From contig OZ316897.1 in NCBI GenBank assembly GCA_973895155.1, positions 6,089,327 through 6,153,326 of the forward strand: a stretch of DNA of 64,000 bases. The letters run 5' to 3'. Position numbers and translations under genes: made by a program. The notes beneath the pieces are model-generated. The model made no database searches, was not told where the DNA came from, and saw only the letters and a list, made by a program, of their open reading frames with translations. Origin of the DNA: Marsupella aquatica. Its lineage: Eukaryota > Plantae > Marchantiophyta. Positions 45,718-60,939 of the stretch are shown here, one piece after another; the stretch's first letter is position 1, and every line of letters begins with the position of its first letter.

Positions 45718-48700
45718 CTTTATGCCTTAGGGGTCTGTTGCAGAAGCCTGTTTGTAATGTGATCATGCGACTTAGTGATGTGTTTCGCCGTATTTGTGTA
45801 AAGGTTTGGGATGAAACCCACTTCCCACAACTGACAAAAGATGTTGCACAGGTGATGTGTGACCAGGAGATTTATTTTCTCCAACATTTTTTGATGTCAT
45901 GACTCACCTACTTGTCCATGTTGTGGAAGAGCTACACCAATTTGGGCTTGTGAGTGCTCGTTGGTTGTACCCTTTGGAATGGTACATGCAGCTACTCAAA
46001 GGTCACGTGAGAACATATTACACACTTGAAGCAAGCATGGCTAAAGGTTACATAAAGGACGAGACTCTGGAATTTCTGACCGAATACATAGTACAATTAT
46101 ATGAGCATGTGAAGACCAGGGTGTGGAATTCTGATAAGGAGGAAGGGGTGATAGGTGAAGTACTGGAAGGTTCTGCAACCACAAAGAACCTGACCATACC
46201 TATGAGAGACTTGGCACATGACTTTGTATTGCACAACACTGTGGTGATGGAACCCTCGATACAGTGAGTGCATACATGTGCTAAACTCCAGTTGACGAGC
46301 TTAAATGTTGTGTGCATGTGATTTTCTCCTTCAGCTTGACTGTTCATATTAGCCAAGCTAATGCTGTGTGGTTGTTTGTTCAGGGAGTATGAGTCATTGA
46401 AGGCGGCCCATCCCACTGCAGGAACAACTTTTCCAGGTTTCATGGAGTGGATCCCCGAGTGAATCAGAGTGGCAATTAGAGAACATCACGAGACCCACCC
46501 AAACATGGATGCAGACGTTTACCTACTATCTAATGCCCCTAGCTTGAAAGTAAAGAGTTACAAACGGATGAGAGCATATGGGAATCACTTTCAAGTGAAG
46601 GATGGTGATAGTGCCTATGTGATAATAGGGCTATGGCCAAAGAAATTAAAAAGTGAAAATTTTCAAAAAAAATTGCGCATTACCAGGTTAATGGAGTATA
46701 ATAAACCCAAAAAATGACTACAAAGTCTAGTTTGCAATATGACATCCGGAAATATCCAGATAGCACTCTTTTTGGAACTTGCAAATACCAGTACAGTCGC
46801 ACCACAAGAGGAGGCGTACGAGAATGCCGGCTAAAACCATAAGTCTGACATCCGATCGGAGACCGAAAGTTGGTGACCAAGTTCTTAAGGCCATTGTGAT
46901 TGAGCATTCCTCACACCACCAAACTGTTGCGGAAATCTTTCGCAAGAAGTCACAGGAGTGAATAGAGCCGGACGAGGCTGCCAATTTGAGGCATTAGTCA
47001 TGAGGAACTGGTTACGGGGGAAGTGGATGATTGTTCAATTGAGTGGGGAAGTGACGATTTGATTCCAATTTCCGGATTTGAGATTTCCAGAATTTTGTGA
47101 AGGGATTTTAATTTGGTTTCTTTCTCTCCCTTGTTCATCATGGTGAAGAGAAAGGATCAGGATTTTGCCCCAGAAAAATCCAGAATCCGGACGCTTCCAA
47201 AGCGGACGACTAAGGAGCGGACAATCATTGTTAACGAGAAGCCGCTGCGTCCGGAGATTCCTACGGATCCGAAAAGGAAGGACCGTTTACAAAACAACCT
47301 TGAGGCCATGGGTTGCGCGAAGTTGATGGAGTTTCCATGGGGATATCAGAGTGCAGTGTTTGTGAAGGAGGTCTAGAATCGTGCCACCCTTGCTTTGGAT
47401 TTTCTGGATTCTATCACAGGAAATCCGGAAAAGTGGACTGTGGCTGGTATCTCCTCATTGCTAGATGTGCCATTGAAAGGAGAGACTTTTCTAACTTTGA
47501 AGGAGAATTAAGCTGAAAATTACTTTGATGGTGAGGTTGATCCAAAGGATGGCTAGAAGATGTCTCAGTGCCTGCATGAAGAGTTCTTTGATGTCCTAGC
47601 CTTCTTGTTACCCATTCTATCCCCTGCCAAACCTCGTCGAGTGACAATCCGGATTGGTAATACCATTGCTGCTTCCTACGTGGGTGAGAAGAAGATTTCT
47701 TGGGCAAAGGTGTTGGAGGAAGTCATCGCTAAGGAAGTCCGAAATCTTCACTTGAAGACTCCCACCTCCCTTTTGACCTAGCGAACCTGTACTCCATGGA
47801 CCGGGTTATGACAGATGAAGAGGCAGAGGAATACAAGAACCAAGCCATGTTGGCTCAACTCGGAGATCTGGATCGACAGCCATCTGAGGGGACTGAGTCA
47901 GAAGAAGAACCTGTTGTTGAAGTCCGACCCCTAGGACTCGGAAGAGGTTAGTTCAGAGTCCGAAACCAGATCATGTTGAAGATCGGAAAACAGAGGAAGT
48001 CTACCAGGCGTGACATCAAGTTTGAAGTGGATGGCATCAGCAGAGTTGGAGCATGTCCGGATTTTTGTGGAGAGTGCAACCGGAAAGACAAAGCAACTAG
48101 AGGAACTGGTTGGGAAGGTTGCCGAGATGCTCAACTGCAGTCCGGTTGTCATCATTTCCACTCTGGATATGGTGATTAAAAGCCAGGCCAAGAAGAGGAT
48201 CTGGGACTTGGAGGATTAGACAGTCAAGGATAGACAAAAGATTGATTCCTTGGTGGACCAGTTGGATGCCCGGTTGGATGTTGCACAAAAGAAGTTGGAG
48301 GAGCATTTGAAAATCCAGAAATTACTAAATGGAGCTGTCACTACTGTTCAGGAAGCGCTTCGTGTTCCGACCTTGGACTTGGTTGAGACCAACCTAATTG
48401 ATAAGTATTTAGCCACAGCCAACCCAGGTTCCCTTGCCAAGGTAATAGTGTAATAATCGGTTTGCTAAGAAGATCATAGGAGCATTCAACCAGATGGAGA
48501 AAGTTATTGCGAATGTGAAGTCAATGCTTGCACTTGCTCGATTCTGGAAAGCCGGAATGTCTGATGCAGAGGGCACTCCACTCGGATTTGAGAAGGTTGA
48601 GTTCCATTTTCCGTCCTTGTCGCCTTCGACTATCAATCCCACACGCAGCTTTACTTTGGATTTGAAGGATGTGGAAGCTAGTACGAGTTTAGAGACTCCT

Positions 48701-51700
48701 ACTTCCCAGAAGCCGACGAGTCTGGTTGATGCTACACATGAGCCAGTTAGAGTAGAGGTAGAAGATGATTCTTCAGTAGCTTAGTAGTTTTTGTTAGTTA
48801 GTTAGCATTTCCGGATCCGGCTAGGATCTAAATCCGGATTTAGTAGTAGAACCAAAAATCAATTTCCGGATTTTGCCTTACACTCATTTCCGGATCTTCC
48901 TTTGTTATCATTTCCGGATTTTTGCCTCATACTCATTTCCGGATTTTAATGACAGTTACTTTTTTTTCCCCATGAAACCGGAAATGACACTTTGTCTTTT
49001 GGGATCTTTCCCCATTTTCCTCTAGCATCTTAAGTAGGATGACAGTTAACTTTCTTTTTCAGCTTTTCAGTTTATGTTGGAAGCCTCATAGCTCCTCCTC
49101 AGGTGCTCCTGTTGAGCCTGGACCTGTTAGGAGTAGAACTGGAACTCCTTCTCCTGTTGAGAAGTAAAGACCTTAGTTGGTAAAGACCTTAGTTGGTAAG
49201 ATCTTATTTGTTCTTTTCAGTACCAATTTGTTTTTCATTAACTCTTACAGGGAACGAATTTAGGACTTTAGAGGTTAAAGTGTTATTTAACAATCTGACC
49301 ATTCTACCATAGCCTACAGGGTGACAAATGACTGTGGGCTCATCACTGTATTTGAGCAACAGAGCCACAATCACGATAGGGCCTAGATGGAGATGGGATA
49401 TGTGGGAGAATTAGTTGACATATGGGCTCTGGACTAGCTGTGGGGCAGTGTCTAGTCCCGTGATTCTTATGAAAGGTTCATGGGTGCGGTAGGATCCGCT
49501 TGGTAACAAGGCTACCATGAAGAGAGAAAATGACGGTTTCTTGCTTGCCAATTTCAGGGGGAAATTGCTCGAATGGTCTGAGCCATTTGTGTTTCCCAGT
49601 CAGGTGGAGCAAGCTTTCTTCCTGGATGTGGAAGACTCCCCAGGTTGGCATGTAGTGTGTCATAAACAGGCCAGACAATGTCGGATGGAAGGATCAAACC
49701 TTGAGTTTCATTTACACTCTCATAGTGCCTTTGATCGTCGACATTCAGACCAAGTGCTTGTAGTTCATGATAGCGGGGACTTCATTCCTGTGACAAGGGT
49801 AGAGGCATTTGCTGAAGGAGAAGAATTCAGAGATGCAGATGCCAACAGTGTGCATGTGCCCTGAGTGATGTGAATTGTTTGCATGGACATTAGTGAGGGG
49901 AAGGATGTGTAATAAAGTAATTGTCAAGCAACGTTAACAGAGATATATGGATGGATGCCTGGTGATTGTGGTTGCATTGTGTTATACAGGGTGACCATAG
50001 ATGACATGTTTTTGTGGTCCAGTAGGATGGAAGAGAGTGACACAAAGATGTGTGAGTATGAAAGGAAAGCTATGGAACATCGAGCATACGTGAATGCCAA
50101 AGTTGCAGAACTGGAAGCCTCCCTGAAAAAGATGTGGCTGGATTGTAAGGGAGCAATTCTCAACCACAACCCTCTACTAAGTTTGTGTGACATGAATAGT
50201 TCAATGTGGCACTGAAATTGTGACTGTATTCTCATATTGGAATGTTGCAAAACCACAGAAATTTCAAAGAAACGAAAGGAGTACGCAAGAAGGGTGACCT
50301 GGGCCTGTGCGTCGGAGTGAAAGGTTGAGCAAGAAGGTCGTACCTACAATGGCAGAATGTGGAGATGACATGGATCCAACATAGGTGGGTGTAGACACTA
50401 GACAAGAAGATGCAGATGATGAGTATTTTCCAGAGGAAATGGATGAGGATGGGGGTTATGAAGATGAATACATTGCAGAGCAGCCCCAAAAGAAATAGGT
50501 AAGTAGTTTTCCCGACAAGTAATTGAGTTAAACTCTAGATTTTTTTATAGGTTTGATATCTTCACTACACATATGTACCTTGCTTAGTTTGTGACATTGT
50601 AGTTGGTGATGTGATGCAGCGTCCTGTCAGTTCTGCTTTGCCTGCAAAGCCTGTGCATGCACCAGGGGGCTGACCTCTGATCAAGGTTGGCGAGGTGGTA
50701 GTAGTGGTAGATCCCAGGCTAGTGCCCAATACTATGGCACGGGGAAAAGTCAAGGTTATGCCCGTGGTAGAGGCAGAGCAGGTCCAAACCCACAGTCTTG
50801 TGGGTATGGACGTCCACCTCAACCATGGGGATGTAAGTATATCTATATGCCAGTTCTTTGTTAAGGCATGGCACTTATGAAGTTCAGACTGCATATCAAT
50901 TTTTGACATTGTTTGGGATGTATTGGATTCATACAACATGAAATTTTGTCCACCTACCAGTGCATGCAGATTCTGCCCAACCTGATTGGGCAAATGCTGG
51001 CAATGATCAGTTTCAATGTCCACAAGGACAGACATGGGTTGAACCAGGTTGGGAGGATGGTGGTGGGTCCTGGAATCAACAAGGTTGGGAAGGTGGTGAA
51101 GGTAATTGGCAGGGATTTCAAAATACAATACCTACAAACGCTGGAAGAGAGGCAGGTAATGTCTGAAGTAGTTGCAATGGAAGAACTCATTCTATCTATA
51201 GTCCATTCATGTGGGTATATTCTGAACATGTACAATGATAGCAAATGTATGTGTGCAGGTTGGACAGTCAAACCATCGACTCAAATATTTACTAATGCCC
51301 CTATGCAGATGCAGCACGGAAGGGGGGCAGGTATGTCAGTGAATGTTCACTTGTTTTCCTATAGTTTGTACTTAGTTTTCAGTACATATGTTTGCACATG
51401 CATACCTAGAAAGTGACAACATCCGGCCCCTGTACTAGGCTAGATAGGTGGTCCAGGGTCGCAACAATTCCAGAGTGCAGTCCTTGCAGGCAGGGCTACA
51501 AGTATATATGTTTGAAGAATTTTTGTTGAAGTGAAGCATTGAATGCTATCAACATTTAATCTGGTGTATGTAGACCTTCTCAAGCATGAATGGCATTGTA
51601 TTTTCCCAGGTGACTTTAGAACCCCAGGTAGGGTGAATCAGGGGGTGCCCATTACATCGCCTAGTACTACCAAGAGCAGTGCACAAGGGGAGGTGACAAA

Positions 51701-54052
51701 GAAAGGGACAGTAAAGTTGAATGAGAGACAATGGGTGGATGTTGAGTGTCCTCGCAAGAACCGATGACATGCTAATTTGAAAGCTGAAGTATTGCGATGG
51801 TTAGATGTGAGTGTTATTAATTTTTAAAAACAACATCCAAAAGATTGGAAGACTGTATGTGAAATTGTTGTTGCCAAATGGAATTATGTGAGCAGTGATG
51901 ATGGCATGGACATAGGTTGCCTACAAAGTACAGCAGGTAAAATCATCAAGCAAGAGAGATGGAGAATGCATATATAAGGCTTGGAAGGAAGGTGGGGAGA
52001 AGCCAGATATGCCTCCACCAGCAAGTTGTGATCATGATAAAGTGGGCAAGGTTACTAGCTTATTTTGTGACAGATGTTGCGAAAAAGAAGAGTTCCCAGA
52101 TGACCAAGGCCAGGTTGAGTGTTCAGAACCCTAATCTGGCACGAAGGACCAGCACTGCACCGCAAAACGCTTGGTAAGAATCAATGGTTAATTATGTAAT
52201 TCATGCTACACTATGTCCTATTCACTTTGTATTTGAGTGTACGTTCATTGGAAAATGATAACCTATGTTTGTCATGCATGTGCAGAAAGCCCAATTGGGG
52301 CAAAGCCCTTCAAAAGAAGAGTTGAGGGCTAAATTGTGAACAACAGGGCATGTGAGGCATCTGAATCCTCCAAGCACGTAAGTTAAATGAGTTCTAATTG
52401 GTAATTGAATGACCTGCGTTGAATTTGAGGTGTACACATATCATTGATTGTGCATATATTGCCCAACATTTCATATGTCAGAGTGATTCACTATTGCCCT
52501 GCGTCATGTAGGGAGGTGGATCTTCACTTACGGAGATAAGTGATCATTTGAAGGCTGTGGAAACTTGTTTTCCAGAGATCAATGAACGTTTGAATTCATT
52601 GACTGACTTGTTCCATGTGAACTTCAAGACATTAATGGAAGCCGTTGTGTTGGTGAGAGATAAAATTGATAAATTCCAATTCTACAAGAGTTCCACCATC
52701 ACCACTTGAGGTGGCAAAGTCTATGCACTCTTCTGGCATGCCAACTCTAGGCTTGAAGGTAAGGCCCTTATAACTTTGTGGGATATGATTATAAAATCTA
52801 TTGTTTGTATTGAGATAGTGTTTGAATGTGTTATTTTTAGTAACATATATTGTTGTTGTGCCCATAGAGAACAAGACAGGTGCTGTAGAGAAGAAGTATG
52901 ATCACCTGGTAAAGAGTTGCTGCAATTTAGAGGCAACAAAGTTGCAATCTGTACATGCAACTAATCTGACAGAGGGCAGTCAACCATGTTTCGTTGAGGA
53001 TGAGATTGACAAGGGATTGAATGATATCAATGTTGGGGCAAAGGAGGATATCAGCAAGCGTGACAATGATACCATTGAGCCAGATTCATGTGATGTGGAG
53101 CAAGGTTTGTGCTATGTAGATCTTGATCCCATTGCAAAGATAAATGATTTGCAGAATGTGTCATTGTCAATGATAGGTGTGCCTCTTGTTGCGATAAATC
53201 CAACCAAAGAGTTAGTTGGTATGGCACTCCCAGGTGAGGAACCTGCTACTCTGATAGTCTCAACAAAGGAACCTATTGAGCCTAGCTTCACTACTGTGAA
53301 GAGAGGGAGCATGTGCACACGAAGCAAGTCTACTGGGAGCAGAGCCACGTCAAAGGTTTCATACAAACCTCCAAGATCGGTGCTGGCAGAAACATCTAAG
53401 GTGGATGTCAGGAAGGTACCTAATGTAGAGGGACAAAGTGGCTTGTTAGATGTTGATGAAAGTGGAACACGAGTAAGATTTGGCAAAATGCAAGTCAGTT
53501 CTACAACGTTCTATGGCAAGAGGATCTCACCAGGTTATTCAGTAGTGTTAATCACGTTACTAGTGAAACCTAAAGCTGTCTTTCCCATTCTAAACACAAA
53601 TGATGATCCTTCTCAAAAGACACTTGGAGATACTGTAGGTTCTTCAAATGGTATTATGGCCAAACACTTACATAGAGGATCCATAACTCTGGTTCAGGTC
53701 ATTATTTGTTTATAATTTTAGTCATGCTTTGTAGATTAAAGAATTCAAGAAGCAATGCGCAATCATGTTTGATAATTGATAGTAATCAGCATGCCATTGG
53801 TTCTTGACTCTCTTTATACCCATATGTGACTGGAGTCTAGCCTTCTGTATCATCATAAGGCTAGACTCCATGATGGACTCCATTGATTGGATCGTGAGTT
53901 TCTGTATCAATAGTGACTTCTATTTTTTGGTCTCAACTTTTGCAACTCCAAGGGTCAAAGCTTGGGTCACGTCACGTTGAGTCACAATGAAATCACATAA
54001 GCCAAAAGGAGTCACATATTGCAGTCTCAGATTACTTCGGATTCTTCTAGTG
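45718..54052 (+). mobile_element. Degenerate CACTA (En/Spm) element, right portion
   Basis: DUF4218-like MTHLLVH..RWLYPLEWYMQLLKGHVR..EASMAKGY (45720-46620); DUF4216-like EPFVFPSQVEQAFF..GWHVV (49321-49864); terminus ttcttctagtg at 54042-54052 with gtcaca-type subterminal repeats. Confidence 0.8.
46620..49320 (+). mobile_element. Nested insertion splitting the CACTA transposase; degenerate extra-ORF and ttccgga repeats
   Basis: CACTA frame stops at GDSAYV and resumes VTNDCG at 49321; internal LLPILSPAKPRRVTIRIGNTI..KISWAKVL; boundaries approximate. Confidence 0.6.
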
Positions 54053-54539
54053 GGTGCGGGACAGTGGCGCTCTGTAAGCTTGGGTTAAGCTACTGCTAGC
54101 TCAGAGGACAGGTCAGGAGATGCCTCTTACAAAGGCGGCTCTAGGCCGCGACAGGACAAGAAGACAACCCCAAGCTAGGATGGCAGCATAATACAAGTGA
54201 GGGTAGTTGAGACTGGGGCGGTGAGTCAATGACGGTGGACAGTAGGGTGACAGTGTGCATCTCTTTGTGACTTTTAGCGGTAGACCAGTCCTGCCACTAG
54301 GCAGGCACCTAGTCGAAATAAAATTAGGAGGAGAAGATGCGGATTAGCAACCCAATAGATAGAATTAGGAGGAGACTTGATTAGGACTTAGAGTAAAATG
54401 CTAACTAATCAAAGTAGTATAGGATATTAGATTCTAGGGATGGGAGTCGATGCAAGTCAACTCCAAAGTACTGGCAGTCAACTACTACAGTTTGAAGGTA
54501 TGAAGTACTTTTGAAGGTAGGAACTAGTTAGTGAATTAG

Positions 54540-55260
54540 GCAGCGACTGCTTGCCTCCGATGCTCACTTAACATCAACGAAGATATCATGCATTGCTTGT
54601 GGGCCTGCCCCCAATCTGCGTCTGTGCGACAATGGGCACTGGTCCCGGCACTGGTCTCATTCATCTGCTCACACCGGGCCCCTAACCTGACCCTGCCTCG
54701 GGCATCGTTGGGAGTCCCAATCGCGAGTCCCCCGCGATCTTACGAGCGAGCTCTGCTACAGGTTGGAACATCATTCGGGCAACTATCTGCTGGAACATCT
54801 GGGACGCAAGGTTCTGTTCCTTGCACAGCCGCATCGATCATTGCTAAAGCTTGGTAGAGAATTAAATTGTACTTACACATTGAATCGTGGAAGCTGGGGC
54901 GCCGGCTCGGCCCTAAGATTGATAATGGCTCCTTGACTGTTGATACAACCGTCCTTAGGTATGTTAGAGAAACTGAACGACTCAAACAAGATTATTGGTC
55001 CCGGAATGGGCGGCTGGAGACTGCTCTATCTCCTCAACCCCCGTGAGCCCAATGTAAATCGTTTGTTTAGATAATGGTCCGGGTAATGGTCCCAGTTAGT
55101 CTCCTCAGGTTCGCATGCCATATTAATCTTTGAACTCTCTTGCTGTGCTCCTCTAGGGTTGCATTTCTGATTTAACATTGGACATCTGTTTGCTCCCGGT
55201 TTTGCTCCCTGGCCCCCAGGTTTGATGCTCACGAAAGTTTTAGTTTAACGCAAAAAAGAA
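54540..55260 (+). pseudogene. L1 ORF2 3' end fragment
   Basis: CLRC..EDIMHCLWACP.S..V..W and WNIIRATICWNIWDAR in adjacent frames. Confidence 0.75.
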
Positions 55261-58200
55261 GAAGACAGTACTTTTGTGACAGGATGGTAAGGAGTCCATC
55301 CAAGTTTTCACGAAGGTTGGTGTCTGTGCTTTTCTTTTGTGCAGGAGCTGTAATGTTGGGGTAATCGTTGGCCAGGATAGAAATCGTGCGATCGGTACCA
55401 CAACAGAGAATACAGCCGTCAATTCGTTCCTGCATGGAGTAACCTGTCTAGTGGAGAAACTGCCAGGTAGACACTCCGTGGTGCTCCGATAGACGTGCCA
55501 CGTCTGCCCGTGCTTACTGCAGTTGGTGGATTGCAACAGTGCTCTTTATTTTGTTACTCACTAGGATAGACTGAGGCTGGTCAGATCTGACCTTTCTATG
55601 TTGCCACCATTGGCTATTCTTATGCCCGCTTTGGATTTATTGCTCGGAAAAGTGTTGACTTTGAGGCAAAAGAAGCTGCCAGGAATTCCCTTTAGCAGTT
55701 GAGCTGCCACTCCACGTGGGGAGCTCCCCCACCCCAATCCCGTCAAGAACAAAGTCTAGTTCTGACCAGGAAAGTTTTAGAAGCCGCTCGAAAGGAGGAT
55801 AAGCACATTGCTGTGTGAGTGAATTTCGCGATTAATTTCAGCATTTCCTTTCAAGAAAGAAAGAAAAAAGGATCGGCGCCGGCAGGCCATACGTGCAACA
55901 GGTAGTCAAGTCTCTCTCGCTGGTGATTCCTCGACCTTCAACTTACTGCAGCCGTGACAGGTACAATATCTCTTTAAGTAACAGGCTTGCCACCTGCAAG
56001 TCTCGTCATCATGGCAGACCGAGTCTGACGGTTGTAGTAAGATACTCTGTAGGTACGCTAGACTGATTTTTCCTTAGAACTTGGGGAACCAGCTAGATCG
56101 GCGATTAAGCAAAGGTCGAAGGATCCAGAAATCTTATTCCAAAGTCAAGTCCAAAATGCATAGAAAGTCAAAGCCTCTGCGAGTCAAGCTCAAGTCGTAC
56201 CAAACGATTTGACTCGGGTCATTATTGAAACTATTATGGAAGACTTCACCGAGTCGAAAGTGACGTCGTTTCATGCTAGTTCCTTATCTCTACCTTGGAA
56301 TGGATCGACTCCTGCTACTCGATCGTCTCCGCTGATTGAAAACGATCGAGCAGAAGGTGACATATTGGCAATTCTGATCGATGATGCATTGCAATCTAAT
56401 GAATGCAAGCGCAGCTAAGCTGAGCTGCCTGAGGCCACCAGGTGAATAACTCCAGTGAACTCAATGAGCAGATTTACTAAGGAGTAGTATACCCAGCAAT
56501 ACTTCCACCACTACACCCCACACACATACCCTCCACGTACACCCCTTGCATGTGGAGGGATTGAAGCTGGGCCGAGGTATGCAGGTTGGGTCAATCGCCA
56601 TTTCGTCCATTCAAACAATATTTGGGCACTACGGCAGTATTTCATGGATTAATTGCATGGCAATTGTACCTCGCATGCAACCTCTATCGGTCATGAAAAG
56701 CATTATTAGGAGTCTCGGCGATGGAAGCAGCCTGAGAGATTTTATATTTAATGAATGACTGAGATTCATTGGCTACCCTGCATATATGTCTCAGATTGAC
56801 AACAGATTGACTCTTCAAACAATGTATTTACAGTTGCCATAGTTGAATTGGCAAGGAGGAATCGGTTTGACTTTGGACCCGGTCTCTCGCTTTCTTGTTG
56901 AAAACCAAGTCTGAAGCAACCCAGTACAGCAGTTGTAATCAGTTTCTATAACCTAACCGCGTAAAAGGATATCCACTTTTCGGTGTTCAACCGCAAATGT
57001 CAGTTATTGAGCTTCCGGGAAAAAGAGGAGCATTGTGTTCCAGGCCGGCGAGTCGCATGACAGACCCAACCACGAGGGACGAGCACAATAGTATTGTGGT
57101 GACAGAAATTAATCCAAATCGTGAGACCAAATTCATGAAGCTCCAGGAGCACATGCATGAGGCACGGCCAGCTGTCAAGTGATGCGGTCAAACTGAACTG
57201 ATCATACCGGACTATCAAGTGACTGCCTTCAGCTAGCGCGACTCATCATTCATGAAAATTGTAACTGATGAGTTTTGCTTGTTGTGACACACTCTCCTGT
57301 GCCAAGAATTTTGGAAAGGGACCTCTAGGGGTCCATAAAAATAATCACACTCTCATAGAGTGAATTGAACGTGAAATAGAACCTTGACATGCCAGGCCGG
57401 TAACAAAAGGTCAAGCCGTCTCAAGCCATACCACAGCAATAGTCCAGGGCAATGCGACTATGAGGCTGGGAATATAGGACAATAGCAAGTAAGGTACACT
57501 AAATCATTGATGGATGGTGGCGCGGTCTACCCCTATCTTGAAGTACCAGCATCAGATCAAGACTCCCACCTTCTTGGACAAGCCACAGTTCTGACTTGTC
57601 CAGCTTCTAGAGCCTCTTGGTCCACGGTCCTTCTTGACTTCCTTTTGACCATGTCATCCATTCGCTTGCGAAGGAGGAGTTCAGTCGTCGAGCAACGCCT
57701 AATTTACGGCGATGCCTGCGGACCCTAACGACCCACCCACCTCCTCATTGGATTTCAGGTGCTCATACTCCTATAAAGACCGTTCTAACTTGCTAGTTAG
57801 AAGAATAGGTTAAGCGTTCACTGCTCCGGATAGACTTACCCGCTCGGCAAATGCGTAGTCATTCGTGATTTATTTGAGTGCCTACGGATTGATTTGCAGG
57901 ATCGTTTCCATCCGTTAGATTCTGACAGCCCAGCAAAATCTCTTGAAGGATTTCAATCCTTTTTGTCTGCTGGTCGTGAGATTTTGTTATCAACGTATGC
58001 CGATCCCATCATGCCCTGTTCGTTTCAACTGCGCTCAGCCATGGTTCTAGGCTAACATTTTGTGATGGATGACGCTACAGGTATCGATCGGTCTGGTATA
58101 GATGGACGTCATCAGTTGCGAGTTAACCTTACTAGGGCCAGCAAATGGAGCTGCAGAATGAGTTTTTGATTGATTTATGTTCTGAGTGACTGAAATACTG

Positions 58201-59544
58201 CAACTCAGTCATTGCGCTTTACTGTCTCCAAGCAATTCTAACCGACCTGCCTAGCCGGCTCCAATAGGCCATCTTCCTCGCTGAAGACACTCAACTCAAT
58301 GTGTAAGTAGCTAGCCTTGTCAACAGCTACCACTGCCAATCTCAAGCAGCAAACTCATTAAGAGGATGTCAAGCCAAGGCATAGTCGGCATAGGTACCTG
58401 AACCTTGGGCTCAAATTCGAAGTCCACGATAGATGCTGCTCATGCCAACTATGCCTGGGTTAGACTCTCTGTTAACAACTCGAGTCAGACAGTGGATCCT
58501 GCACGGGATCCTGCAGAGCAATCGTATTTACGTAAGGGGCATCTCTAATGCGTGGGAGCCGGTCACTCGGAAATATACAGGCTACCAAGTAAGACTGCTG
58601 ACGGGCTAGAATTATTTTTTCTCCTAAAATCTCAAGCAGCAGTCAAATCTGAAGATCGTGAAAGATTGTCCGGTTAGGGTAGTGGGGATCAGGAAGCCTT
58701 CGATTTTGATAGTACTTTGCAGATTCCTTATCCCCGTACTAGGAAGCCCTTCTTAAACATTCCGCATTCCTGTTGGTAACTTGTGGATTCTTGCAGATGG
58801 GATGAGCTTGTCCGACGTACCCAACTTCAACATAAGCTGCCCCTGGTTTCCTGATTTTTCGACCCTGGTCATGCCCACCTGCAATCTATTTTGTACAGTA
58901 TAAACCTCAACGAATGTGTCCTCAATTATTCTGACTTGTTCGTCTCCATTGGAGGGGGAAATCTATCGTCATAGCAACAGTTACCATTCATGACATTTTG
59001 TAACGCGTTTCACAATTGAGAACGTATTATTGGAAGGTTAATAATTTCAAGCTGCGTTTCCGACCTGTGTCGCACTGCCTTACCGTTACTCTTAAAAACC
59101 ATCAAGTACGGACATTTTGCAAGTTTGGTCACTATTTAACTAACCCAATATGATATTGTACGGTTTCGCGATTTGTTTGGAAACTTCCAGGATAGGAAAG
59201 TGCGTAAATGGTTCGCGGTGCGCCACATGAGTTTCGATTGACACTCTGTTGAGATGCGGGATTGAGTCGATCCAATGATCGGGAATAATCAAACTGAGAG
59301 TCCAATCTTATGGACGAATAGCTCCTGGAGAGTGCGCCGAGTTGGGTAATGGTCGGCATGTGCAAGTCCATGTCGTTCAGCTGGGGCAGCGTGATGTAAG
59401 TTGGAACTGCTCATGCCGACAAATTCCCAGACCTGGCACACTTTCCATGGTTTTCTAAACGCCAAGTTCAATCTCGATATAAAGATATTTCTACTGTGGG
59501 CACTGTGGAGGGTTTCTTTCCACACATCGCGAGCTTTTCTGTCG

Positions 59545-59692
59545 CACCTCCGACGAAGCATAAAATCAAAGCGTGGTAAGAACACGACCAATAACGAGCG
59601 TAATGTGGGCCCTGTCACACCTCCGACGAAGCATAAAATCAAAGCGTGATAAGAACACGACCAATAACGAGCGTAACCAATAACGAGCGTAA
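59545..59692 (+). repeat. Local 59-bp direct duplication plus partial third copy
   Basis: cacctccgacgaagcataaaatcaaagcgtg.taagaacacgaccaataacgagcgtaa twice. Confidence 0.9.
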
Positions 59693-60939
59693 TGGCCCTG
59701 TAAAGTTATATGCATTCAGCACTGTCCATGTCTACCAAATCTAAGAGTCGCCAATCGATTTACTTCACGATAGAGTCAATACTTTTGTTGGCCCTGCCCC
59801 AGTAGTGGTCTTTGCCGGAAATAATTTTAGCATTTTAAATCTCGCATCGAAACAATCGACTTCTAGTGTAACCGAGACCCTACATCCAGGCAGTCCATGA
59901 TTTGAATTGTTGGCTGCATTAGTACCATTAGTGCGAGTAAGGCGAACTTGGCCGAAGGATTTTATGATCTTGCCTTTCTTTCAACGAATTAGAGGGCAGT
60001 TAGTTCCAGTACCATAGAGTTCCCAAATGTCCACAAAAAAATCGGTGGCAGCAAGTCCCTGATGGGACAGGGGAAAACGACCCGGCAGCACAAACTTCCA
60101 ACCATCCCGTGCTCCCTTGTTCAGGACGCTGACGTACTTGTTCGGCACAAAATCGCACGCCGACGGCGGCTCCGGACAAATGCCCTGGAACATTCACTAC
60201 ACTTTCATAAACTTGCACGACGAATTTGACCAGAGGTCTCGTTAATCACAGCAGTGCTTCTACAAATGTAACCACTACAATGAAACTGACTCAGCCGCCT
60301 TCATTCTATCATAAACCAGGCGAGACGGGATGGAGTAATACAATTTTACTCCACTAACCAGCAGGAATTCCAAAACAAATTCTGGAACCATTTGAATTAA
60401 ATCTTACATAAACGCCAATGGCAGCGGGGAGCTTGATTTAATTTGCAAGAAGACAAGGGATGGAAACCTAAATGCCGAGAGGTCCTCACAATGAAGATCA
60501 AAAACAGTGTCTCTTTTTACGATCAAGGATACTCAACGTTCTATTTGTTCGTTCATATATGGTAGAGCTCACGTGGAGAGAAGGATATCTGACCTGCCAA
60601 TTCCAAATGCCAGAGCTGCGCCCATAGCATTGCCAGAATAGACCCAGACGACTCCCCTGAAATCGAAAGAGAAAAGCGGGGCCGGCTTTGCACGCCACTG
60701 CATGGCGGGGACCATGTTTTTGAGAAATGTCGCCTTCCGAGGAACAAAAAGGTGTATTGCGCAGTCCCGACCATTGTGTGTGAAGTGACACCATCCGTGA
60801 ATGCTATAAATAAAAATTTGAAGTAAACATGCCCCATTGATTCCATGTCTGAGCATATAACCAACGACAAATAAACGACGCGATAATATGCCTGGGTCAA
60901 GTTAAACAAATTCCACTGGGGCCAGTGGCAGGCGAGCCA

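Noticed and set aside
52822-53715. 297-aa ORF as a host gene
   Set aside because: Inside the CACTA boundaries, low complexity; probably a TnpA-like exon remnant.
59981-60230. Possible Ole e 1-like gene fragment
   Set aside because: Only vague Cys spacing and in-frame stops upstream; cannot support.
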